DNA from: an uncultured virus (IMG/VR IMGVR_UViG_3300029305_004206)
Lineage: Duplodnaviria; Heunggongvirae; Uroviricota; Caudoviricetes
Virus record (IMG/VR): IMGVR_UViG_3300029305_004206
Length of the DNA: 20,000 nucleotides
Strand: one strand, 5' to 3'
The position numbers and the translations under genes are program-made. Shown here one piece after another: positions 9,014-17,698 of this stretch (its first letter is position 1; each line of letters starts with the position of its first letter). The notes beneath the pieces were generated by a model. It ran no database searches and was not told the origin of the DNA. It saw only the letters and a list, made by a program, of their open reading frames with translations.

Positions 9014-9298
9014 TTAATCTAATTCATAAAAAACTTCGTTATTCTTGATGAAATACTTTTTAATATCTTTAGATAAGTTAAATGTTTCACCATCTTTAAG
9101 TAATTTTCCGTTAATAGCAAAACCATCTTTATCTTCTAGAAAACGAATGTAATATGCATCCCAAGATAATCCCTTACTATCTCTACTTGCAAAGAATATT
9201 CTTGGAAGTTCAACACAAGGAAAACTATCTATTTCGTTTCCTTCTTCATCTTCTATTGATATACTCGGAAGTCTATCGCAATAAGCTTTTAAAATCAT
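9014..9298 (-). CDS. Hypothetical protein (94 aa)
   Basis: ORF with SD AGGAG, packed within the operon. Confidence 0.75.
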   Translation of the reverse strand: MILKAYCDRLPSISIEDEEGNEIDSFPCVELPRIFFASRDSKGLSWDAYYIRFLEDKDGFAINGKLLKDGETFNLSKDIKKYFIKNNEVFYELD

Positions 9299-9302
9299 AT
9301 TA

Positions 9303-10127
9303 TTACTCCTTTACATATTGTATCATCATCTGTTTAGAGTCGTTTTTTAACATTTCTGCAAATTCAGAGAACTTCATCTCTATACACATGTTAAGATCAG
9401 CTCTTGTTTTCTTACAGAATCTATTTCCCACTGATGGTGAAATAACCAAATCAAGATGATATGTTTTATCTTTACCTTCATATTCATGATATGGCTTAAA
9501 GATTACTGTTTGTTCTCTTTCAAGTTCTGTAAATCCCATTGATGTATTCATAGTTATAGCATGATCATTTCCTGAATAATCATCATGAGAACAATATTTA
9601 GGAATAATCATTTCAAACACTTCACCTAATTTTTTAGATGATATAAATGTCATATTCCTCTGATTGTCATGAACAAATACAGGTCTGATATCTAAAAAGA
9701 ATAGTAAACCCTTCAGATCCATATTATTAAGGAAATACCATAATTGATGGTCTGTAAAGTCTTTTAATTCATTTCTTTTTGATAACATAATGAATTCTTC
9801 TCTTCTCATAATATAATAATTCTGACAGTTTATTATATCACCGCCATAGAAGAAATGAAAATAATTAATAGTATCTGTAGGATACTTTATCTCTACATCG
9901 ACCATAGTATTCTCAACATTATCATACACTTTAAGTGTATGAGTAACAGTATCATCTTTCTTAATATTTTCGATATGTCTTGACATATTATTCATAAGAA
10001 TATCTTCTACTAAACTAGATGATAAATTGGTTACGCTATAATCTACATATACAAGACTTCCATCTGAAAGTTTGTAATAGTAGATATACTCTAAATTATT
10101 AAATCTGAGCAAATTCTTCATCTCCAT
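9303..10127 (-). CDS. Hypothetical protein (274 aa; probably about 299 aa with a true start at 10201)
   Basis: Long ORF with no SD at 10127. The SD-led ATG at 10201 is out of frame by one base. Confidence 0.75.
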   Translation of the reverse strand: MEMKNLLRFNNLEYIYYYKLSDGSLVYVDYSVTNLSSSLVEDILMNNMSRHIENIKKDDTVTHTLKVYDNVENTMVDVEIKYPTDTINYFHFFYGGDIINCQNYYIMRREEFIMLSKRNELKDFTDHQLWYFLNNMDLKGLLFFLDIRPVFVHDNQRNMTFISSKKLGEVFEMIIPKYCSHDDYSGNDHAITMNTSMGFTELEREQTVIFKPYHEYEGKDKTYHLDLVISPSVGNRFCKKTRADLNMCIEMKFSEFAEMLKNDSKQMMIQYVKE

Positions 10128-10218
10128 TTCATTTAATTTGATCTCATAATGAATCAGTTTTATGTCGTGATTCAGGACTTAAGTTTGACTTGAATCTTCA
10201 TATGTACTTTCTCCTTTC

Positions 10219-10524
10219 TTAATTATTTAAAGATTCTCTTAATCTGTCAATAGCTCTTTGAGCCGCACCATCACCGTTATCACGATCATACAGACAATCA
10301 TCAAAGGTTGAATCATTAGAGTTTAAATTAATCTTCATAACTCTACCTTTAACATAATCGAACCATAAGTCACCTTTACGTTCTTCGATCATCCCTTTGG
10401 CTTCTGCTTCTGTCATATCTTCAGGTGTAAAATGTAAAAATCCTAAACCTTGAGGTTTTGAAGCATTATACAGAGCCATTAAAACCTGTTCCTTTGTTAA
10501 ACCTTCGTAATTTACTTTTGCCAT
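10219..10524 (-). CDS. Conserved small hypothetical protein (101 aa), first gene of the operon
   Basis: Strong SD GAGGAGG. The pattern L..LYNAS.PQG.GFL...FDY.KGRVMK..L.....D..LYDRDNG.GAA looks like a widespread uncharacterised family (recalled, not searched). Confidence 0.85.
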   Translation of the reverse strand: MAKVNYEGLTKEQVLMALYNASKPQGLGFLHFTPEDMTEAEAKGMIEERKGDLWFDYVKGRVMKINLNSNDSTFDDCLYDRDNGDGAAQRAIDRLRESLNN

Positions 10525-10615
10525 CTTGAGTTCCTCCTCATAAAATAAAATTTGTATTTAATATCTTTTTGTAGAGTAATTTTTATTTTTTATTCTACAT
10601 CTTGATATCACTATA

Positions 10616-10623
10616 ATAATATA
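10616..10623 (-). promoter_or_regulatory. Putative phage early promoter TATATTAT
   Basis: The minus strand reads TTTATATATTATTATAG about 90 nt upstream of the 10524 start. It resembles the TATATTA(C/T) early motif of phiKZ-related virion RNAPs, but is low complexity. Confidence 0.4.
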
Positions 10624-10779
10624 TAAATAAAAAATTATTAGATAACAAATAAATATTGCATAATAAGTAGTGCAATGGTTTTTCTTTTTTTTACTGTTTT
10701 CATATATTCATATGAAAATGTACCTTTCGTTGATTGTACGATTTCATTTTATTCTCCGAAATATGATAAAATGAGCATT

Positions 10780-10818
10780 AATCCCCTAATGAGACATTTC
10801 GCATCTCATTAGGGGATT
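10780..10818. terminator. Perfect 15-bp hairpin with 9-nt loop downstream of the giant gene
   Basis: AATCCCCTAATGAGA-catttcgca-TCTCATTAGGGGATT lies 10 nt after the stop at 10829. The T-run is on the + strand side. Confidence 0.75.
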
Positions 10819-10828
10819 TTTGTTCTCT

Positions 10829-13800
10829 TTATGAAATTAAAGCTTGAATCATCTTCTTAAAGCCTTTTACATTGTCTGTAGTGATTTTGATTGTATCTTT
10901 ATAATATGGAGATTCTTCATAATATTTAGAAAAATCAAATCCAGGTTCAAATGTTAAGATAAATTCAAGAGTTTGATAAATTTCATTAAGAATAAATGAC
11001 TTCGCTTTAATAGCTTCATTCTGAAGTTCTTTAAACTTTTCGTTATTAGGAGTTCTCTTAGGATTAATATAATACTTTTCAATTACTATATACATAAACC
11101 AAAGTTTACATAATTCATGTTTTAATCCATCTAAGTTTTTCGCTTTCTTATATATCTTGATAAGTTTATGTGAAAGATTATATTTAGACATAAAGTCAGT
11201 CTTTTCTCTTGTCTTAATGATAAGACTTCCTTCAGCATCTATATTAAAGGATGCTTCAGAAAGATAAGAAATAACTTCTTTAATTTTTTTAATCTGAGTT
11301 TTATTTCTACTACATAACTCATTAATACTACTATCTAAATATATAGAAAGTGTTTCCTTTACTAAAGGATTTTTCTTTAACTTCTTATCAATTAATGATA
11401 ATGAGATCAATGAGAAATATTTATATTCAGTATTTTTCTCAACAAACTCAATCATCTTGCGATATGATAAGAAAACTTGTTTACAAGATAGATTATTTCG
11501 TACTATATACTTTTCTTTAGTATCTGCTAATGCACGAATTTCTTCTTCAGTATATAATAAATATCCTGATTTAATATATTTAAGAGCTTCCTTAGAACTA
11601 TCAAACACATTATATTTATCCATATTTTTCTTGAAAAGCTTCAAGAAATCTTTAGTCTGATTATATGAAATTATATTATGCACAATATGATAATCACTAT
11701 CAAATTTAATACAATCCATAATATATCCAATTAGAGATCTTTCTCTAATAACGACTGGTTCAGATTTTAATAATGATGAGTCAAAGAATACAACTCCAGA
11801 TCCATAGATTATCATTCTCTGTCCTTTATATCTTTCTTTAATAAAGTTAAAGAGATTATAATAGAAGTTATAATAATCTTTTTCTTTAAATTTGATATCC
11901 TGCTTCTCCATCATTTCGATCTTAAGATCATCAAGATTTCTCATAAAGCAATTATATTGCTTTGTATAGTCTGCGATTGCACTTTCATCTGTGAATCCAG
12001 TAATCCAAAGAATATCTTTATCTTTTTCTAACCAAAGATCGATATTATATTCTCTATCATCTTCACCAAAGAATACTTGACCTTCAGAAAACACATTAAG
12101 ATTTTCTTTAGCATAATTATCTAAAGAAATCTCTCTATTAAGATAAGCACATTCATCAAATAAGAAACCTTCTGATGGCATATCATAGTCTAAATCATTA
12201 ATAGACTGATCTGCAGATAATTCATCTAAATAAGATAAATCAGGTTTATTATTTTGAGAAGAACCAGACACATTTGCAGCTAAACCTGCAATAGATGATT
12301 CCATAAACGCAGCTTCAGGAGCATGAATAACAAGATAAGTCTGTAAATTTGAGGGGTTCATATCCATCTCAACTTTACATCTTAATTCTTTAGCCATTTC
12401 ATCTACAAATTGATGAAGTTTAGCTTGAACTTGTAAGAAAGTTTTAGAAGATGAATAAGCTGGATCTCTCATAGTATTATATCTTTCATACTCGAATAGA
12501 TATAATTTACATTCATGGATATCTCCCATAATGTATCTATCATAATCCATTTCCATTCCTAATTTTCTTACGAAACCTCTTTTAAGTATCTTGAAATCAT
12601 ATTTATTAATGAGATTTTTATAGGATTTGGTTGCAGCTTGTAATTGCTTTCTCCTTAATTTACCATCCACATCAAGAACTGATGCTTCACTATATTGGTA
12701 TTCATAATAATTATCTTTAGGAAGATTTACATTTGCATTTCTTAAGTATTCTTCAAAAGAGTAAACTCTCTTTGTATGACCTAAGAATACATTAATATGC
12801 TGACCTGATTTTTTCAAATCAAAATGAGAATTAAGATAATCTTTGTGATAATGACCACATATATTAATCAGATTATTATCTACTGGATAATGAGTAAATA
12901 TAATTCCTTTATAATTTATACGATGAGCCATCTTTTTAACACCAAGTTCAGCATATTCATCGTTAGATAATAAATCGTGATTACCAAATACAAGCCAAAT
13001 ATTCTTACATTTTAATGAGTCTAAGAATTCTTTTGTTCGTTTATAGATACATTCATCTTTCTTATAACCAATATCACCTAATATTAAGAGTGTGTCATTT
13101 TCATGTACATCTCTATTTATGATTTCGATAGCTTCATTCATAGGAACTATGTCTTCATCTTCTCTCCCAATATGAATATCAGATGTAATAAATAAATTTT
13201 CTGGAAGCTCATCTAAAGTTATCTCTATAACTTCATCCATCATTATATCTTTCTTTACTCTATTTTGATTTATATTTCCACCGAATTCATATAAAGGCTC
13301 TGGATTAATTCTATAAGCCTTTTCTTTAGATTCATTTCTGAACATTTCAGGTCTATCATCCTCAGAATGATATTTTACATTTAAAGATCCAGAATTATAC
13401 TTTAATTCAAAATATCCTTCATCTAATTCTCTCATAGCTATATAAGAATGATCATTAGATGAACGATTTTTGTTTACTATTCTGTAACCTGTAAAATGTG
13501 CAAGACCAGATGGGTATAAGAAAGTTTTATCTCTTTCTTGAATCTCTAAAAGTCTCTTTAATTCATTCTTTTCTTGTTCCTTTACAGTAAGAATAGGATC
13601 TATTTTATTATCTAAAGATATAGAAATTACACTTCCGTCTTCTGATAAAGATTTAAGTTCTTTAGACTTTAATCTCCATTCTTCTGTTGAGTAGAATATA
13701 AGTCTCTCCATAATATTATTATATGAAGCAAAGTCACCTAACTTACCTTTCTTGAATTCTTTAAATAATTTCATAATCTCTTCAAAAGGTACATATTTTA

Positions 13801-16800
13801 TATATCCTGCTATATCTTTATATGAATATACATATATCTTATCTGGTTTAACTTCAATATCTAATGTATATTCCTTTGCAGCTACATTATGTCCTCTTCC
13901 AATATACTTCTTATCAATAGTTTTTTCATATAAATAATAATTAGATTTCTTAAGAATTCTTTCTACTTCATCTTTATATTCTCTTGCTATGATAATACCA
14001 TTTCCTTCATATAAAGGAGTTAAAGTACATATAGAATCATTAAAATTATCTGTAATAACCTGATGAATAGCAAACATAAGGGGTTCTTCTTTATCTAAAC
14101 ACCAAAAAGATGATAATCTTAGGGAAGATAATTTTGTACCAATATTTCTTGCTGTTGGTTTAATTGTACTTAACTTTAATGATGAACCATGATATAAAGT
14201 TACACTTTTTGGAAGGAAAGGTTTTGTAAGTGTTGTTTCTATAGATTCAGAAAGTTTACGAAGTTCATTTATTCTTCCATTAATATGAGGAGCAACTTTC
14301 TTATCATAATATTCTATTGTAAGATCAATATCCTTACTTGTTACTCCTTTCTTTATTAAATTGTCTAATAGACGATTTTTCTTTTCAGGATTTTTTCTAT
14401 ACTTTTCAAGATTTTCCTTTAATTTAGTAAATTGTCTTTTAGCCAAATATAAATCTTTTCGCATATATTCTAAATCTTCTATTTTCTTAGTCTTATCAAT
14501 AAGATTATAGAAACCAGGATATTCATGTTTCTTTAAAATTTCCCACATTTCTAAACGAGGATGAATTTTAAGAGCCATAAATGTTTGACTTAAAGTATAT
14601 TCTTGTAATAAATCTGCATTTTCATTAAGACTCATTGTAATAGTGGTTTCTCCTTCATCTATTTTCTTAAATCCATGCTTATTATAAAGATGAATCGCTA
14701 TTTCATTATCCTTATATACATGAAGACTTTTAGCATCCATTTTCTTTACAGCATAATCAAGAATCTGATCTGATAGACCATGATTTCTATATTCTGGATA
14801 TACATATAATGGACAAATAAATCCATCACAAACCATAATATACGCAACAGGTTTATTTTTATCTATAAATAGATAGCCTTTTGTATTATACTTTAAAAGA
14901 TTATTAACTTTTTCTTTATCCCATCTTTTATCATCCTTAAGATAAGATAAGAATGAAGAGTCTGATAAAGATATTTTCTTATAAGAATTTAAATTATATC
15001 TTTCTTTAGGTTTATAACTTTTATCTAAAGTAGATTTATCATTAGACTCTTGAATCAATGGGTCAAAATTATCTACACTACTCATAACCAAACAATTTGC
15101 ATTGTCAGTTATAGCATCTTTATAAGCATAGTTCTTTAATATAATACCAGATTCACTTTTATTTTCCATTTCACGTTTTTTCTGTTGTTCTTCTAATTTT
15201 TGCTTAAGATAATTAACAGAACGTGTTTGTGTATCTGTGTTATATTTAATTGCATTTGATATGGATTTACAAGCTTTACTAATCTCTACATTAATCTCGT
15301 TGATATCATTAACAGACTTTTCTTGAACAGAAACCTTAGAACCATCTGGAGAAACATTGATAAACCCAACTTTAACTGGTTTTTTGGTTTTAGTTGATTT
15401 ATCGCCAGATATTTTTTCTTTAATTTTTAGAAAGAAATCTTTAATTTTATTCCATATCCACCTAAAGAATTCTATAACTTTTTTCCATAGATATACAATA
15501 AATTCAACAAGTTTTTTTCCTATATCTTTAATACTGTCTAAAAATTTTCCTTCGAGAAGAATATTTTCATCTAAAGAATTAACATATTCAAATGATTCAA
15601 TAAGTATTTCATCATTAAAATAATCTATACCATTTTCCTTACAGAAAGATATAAGATTATCTCTTGCTTCATTTAAAGAAATCATTATTTCATCAGTTGA
15701 ATCTTCTAATAAAGTTTCTATTTCTATATCTTCTGCCCACATAGACACTGTACCATGAAATATCTTAACATCTTTAGCTTTTTGGATATCTTTTGCTAAT
15801 TCATGGTGACCAGGATTACATGATTGGATATAAATATTTTTAAATCCATCTTTTATTAATCGTCTTACTAGTGCATTTACTTCTTGATATTCCTTCCCAT
15901 GATACTTAATTGGTTGAATTGTCCATAATTGAACTTCTTTAACAGACGAAGCAGATTTATTAATTTTTTCATCTTCTTCGTTATCATCATAATCTTCAAA
16001 TTTTTCAGACTTTTCTTTTATATATTTAGTATATTTCTGGTTAAATTCGTAAAGGTTAGCAAGACGTATAAGATCGTATGTTTTGTTATTATAATCAATA
16101 TCAGTTGTCATTGAAGTGATATTCATTTCAAAATTCATAATCTCTTCAAGTTTATTCTTTCCAAATTTTTCCCAAATTTTTTCTATAATTAATTTTGAAA
16201 GTCTAATATAAGTTTCTAGAATTTCTTTACATTCATTTTTAAATTTTTCTTTTTCAGAAGAAGAATATTTATAAACCTTATCTCCTCCTTCACCTTGCGT
16301 TGAATTTACTATTCTATCAAGAAATTCTTCTCTTTCGTCATCATCATAATTTTCATCAAACATTTTTCTAAGAACCGTTAAAAATTTACCAATGTATTCA
16401 TTATCAGAACCACCATTATGCAAATCATAAATACGATTAAAGAATTTTTCGATATCATCTGGATTAACTAAAGATGAAAGTTCAGAATAATTACGAAATT
16501 CTGAGTCTTTCCTTGATTTTTCCATATTTTTTCGTCTTTGATTTTTTTCAATCAATTCTGTATTAGTTTCATCATTTCCATGACAAATAACCATACAATC
16601 ATATCTAGATATTTTTTGTAACCATTGTGAAGCAAAGTTATCTTTATTAAGTTGTGTTTCTGCACCTTCGAAATTTGTAGTTCCAAGAATTAATGGACCA
16701 CCAACTTTCCTTAAGTCAATAGTTCCTGCTTCCTTATCAACACATTTATCATATAAATTTGTAATTTTATTATTGATAGCTTCTCTTGCTTTTTGTTGTC

Positions 16801-17671
16801 TCTCTGTATCGTCACTTTCGATATCTTCTATTAAAGCAAAAGCTTCTTTTGTAGAGAATCCCATTGACTTATAATTAAGTCTAAGAAATTCAACCAAATA
16901 GGATTTCATTGTTTTATTAAATGCAATTTTAGCTGTAATAAATGCTCTTAATTCATTTTCGTTAGCAGAATCAACATTTGGCATGAAGTTTTTATTTAAA
17001 AAATTCTCTATATCACTTTCAGAAAAACCTGCTTCTGATAAAGTTTCTAGAGCACCCTTTAAATGACTTATTGAAGAGTGAACTGATGGAAAGAAATCTG
17101 AGGAGTAATGACTATTTTCCGCTTCTTTCTCAACTTTTTGTACTAACTTTTCAATCTGTCCTTGAAAGAATAATTGAAAATCTTCACAAAGATTTTTAGA
17201 TGCTAATAATTCTTCCATTCTTTTAGTTTCCCAGTCTGCAATATTCTTACTCATTATATCTTCTATAAAATCAGAATTTTGCATACCATAACCAATATTA
17301 GAATCATCATCATCATTATTTGAATAGGTTTCTTTATCCTTATCTTTACTTTTTCTAATATAGTCCTCAACATCTTCGACTCTTCGCTTTTCATTGGTAA
17401 TTTCAGCTTCAGATAAATTAACACTTTCATCTATATTGTCATCAGTAAATGGACTACTTGGAATATAATTAAAGAATCTATTCTTTTCGCTTACCTTAAT
17501 ATCAGTTATATTAAAATATGCCAAACGATTTAAAAGATTTTTAGCAAGAGTTTCTTCGTCTTCCTCGTCTACATAGTTAAAGAACTTAACTGCAGAACGA
17601 ACATGCTTCTCTGTATCCAAAGGAAACTTTCTTTTAGAAGGAACTCCATAAAACATTTCTTTTTCTGACAT
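10829..17671 (-). CDS. 2280-aa polyvalent protein, probably virion-packaged: DUF6582-like, clan-CD peptidase-like, internal-head-like helix, GNAT, ART-like, calcineurin-like phosphoesterase and degenerate P-loop modules
   Basis: Motifs in order: YGVPSKRKFPLDTEKHVRSAVKFF; VICHG...IQSCNPG; LLEGKFLDSIKDIGKKLVEFIVYLWKKVIEFFRWIWNKIKDFF; LYVYPEYRNHGLS...NEIAIHLYNKHGF; LYHGSS...SSFW...KEYT; SDIHIG/LGDIG/GNHD/THYP/GHYH; ILWITGF. SD AAAGGATGTG. Confidence 0.85.
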   Translation of the reverse strand: MSEKEMFYGVPSKRKFPLDTEKHVRSAVKFFNYVDEEDEETLAKNLLNRLAYFNITDIKVSEKNRFFNYIPSSPFTDDNIDESVNLSEAEITNEKRRVEDVEDYIRKSKDKDKETYSNNDDDDSNIGYGMQNSDFIEDIMSKNIADWETKRMEELLASKNLCEDFQLFFQGQIEKLVQKVEKEAENSHYSSDFFPSVHSSISHLKGALETLSEAGFSESDIENFLNKNFMPNVDSANENELRAFITAKIAFNKTMKSYLVEFLRLNYKSMGFSTKEAFALIEDIESDDTERQQKAREAINNKITNLYDKCVDKEAGTIDLRKVGGPLILGTTNFEGAETQLNKDNFASQWLQKISRYDCMVICHGNDETNTELIEKNQRRKNMEKSRKDSEFRNYSELSSLVNPDDIEKFFNRIYDLHNGGSDNEYIGKFLTVLRKMFDENYDDDEREEFLDRIVNSTQGEGGDKVYKYSSSEKEKFKNECKEILETYIRLSKLIIEKIWEKFGKNKLEEIMNFEMNITSMTTDIDYNNKTYDLIRLANLYEFNQKYTKYIKEKSEKFEDYDDNEEDEKINKSASSVKEVQLWTIQPIKYHGKEYQEVNALVRRLIKDGFKNIYIQSCNPGHHELAKDIQKAKDVKIFHGTVSMWAEDIEIETLLEDSTDEIMISLNEARDNLISFCKENGIDYFNDEILIESFEYVNSLDENILLEGKFLDSIKDIGKKLVEFIVYLWKKVIEFFRWIWNKIKDFFLKIKEKISGDKSTKTKKPVKVGFINVSPDGSKVSVQEKSVNDINEINVEISKACKSISNAIKYNTDTQTRSVNYLKQKLEEQQKKREMENKSESGIILKNYAYKDAITDNANCLVMSSVDNFDPLIQESNDKSTLDKSYKPKERYNLNSYKKISLSDSSFLSYLKDDKRWDKEKVNNLLKYNTKGYLFIDKNKPVAYIMVCDGFICPLYVYPEYRNHGLSDQILDYAVKKMDAKSLHVYKDNEIAIHLYNKHGFKKIDEGETTITMSLNENADLLQEYTLSQTFMALKIHPRLEMWEILKKHEYPGFYNLIDKTKKIEDLEYMRKDLYLAKRQFTKLKENLEKYRKNPEKKNRLLDNLIKKGVTSKDIDLTIEYYDKKVAPHINGRINELRKLSESIETTLTKPFLPKSVTLYHGSSLKLSTIKPTARNIGTKLSSLRLSSFWCLDKEEPLMFAIHQVITDNFNDSICTLTPLYEGNGIIIAREYKDEVERILKKSNYYLYEKTIDKKYIGRGHNVAAKEYTLDIEVKPDKIYVYSYKDIAGYIKYVPFEEIMKLFKEFKKGKLGDFASYNNIMERLIFYSTEEWRLKSKELKSLSEDGSVISISLDNKIDPILTVKEQEKNELKRLLEIQERDKTFLYPSGLAHFTGYRIVNKNRSSNDHSYIAMRELDEGYFELKYNSGSLNVKYHSEDDRPEMFRNESKEKAYRINPEPLYEFGGNINQNRVKKDIMMDEVIEITLDELPENLFITSDIHIGREDEDIVPMNEAIEIINRDVHENDTLLILGDIGYKKDECIYKRTKEFLDSLKCKNIWLVFGNHDLLSNDEYAELGVKKMAHRINYKGIIFTHYPVDNNLINICGHYHKDYLNSHFDLKKSGQHINVFLGHTKRVYSFEEYLRNANVNLPKDNYYEYQYSEASVLDVDGKLRRKQLQAATKSYKNLINKYDFKILKRGFVRKLGMEMDYDRYIMGDIHECKLYLFEYERYNTMRDPAYSSSKTFLQVQAKLHQFVDEMAKELRCKVEMDMNPSNLQTYLVIHAPEAAFMESSIAGLAANVSGSSQNNKPDLSYLDELSADQSINDLDYDMPSEGFLFDECAYLNREISLDNYAKENLNVFSEGQVFFGEDDREYNIDLWLEKDKDILWITGFTDESAIADYTKQYNCFMRNLDDLKIEMMEKQDIKFKEKDYYNFYYNLFNFIKERYKGQRMIIYGSGVVFFDSSLLKSEPVVIRERSLIGYIMDCIKFDSDYHIVHNIISYNQTKDFLKLFKKNMDKYNVFDSSKEALKYIKSGYLLYTEEEIRALADTKEKYIVRNNLSCKQVFLSYRKMIEFVEKNTEYKYFSLISLSLIDKKLKKNPLVKETLSIYLDSSINELCSRNKTQIKKIKEVISYLSEASFNIDAEGSLIIKTREKTDFMSKYNLSHKLIKIYKKAKNLDGLKHELCKLWFMYIVIEKYYINPKRTPNNEKFKELQNEAIKAKSFILNEIYQTLEFILTFEPGFDFSKYYEESPYYKDTIKITTDNVKGFKKMIQALIS

Positions 17672-17698
17672 ATCTTCACATCCTTTCTTTATTATTTT
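17671..17698. repeat. 28-bp direct repeat, copy 1 (RBS of the giant gene plus stop of the ART gene)
   Basis: tatcttcacatcctttctttattatttt, identical to 18618-18645. Confidence 0.95.

Noticed and set aside
10638..10747. Tiny minus-strand ORFs MKSYNQRKVHFHMNI and MKTVKKRKTIALLIMQYLFVI
   Set aside because: They are too short, overlap inverted repeats and have no independent support, so they were not called.
15930..16570. Intein or intron as the insertion within the protease-like domain
   Set aside because: There is no C/S...HN splice motif or homing-endonuclease signature, and the reading frame is continuous.
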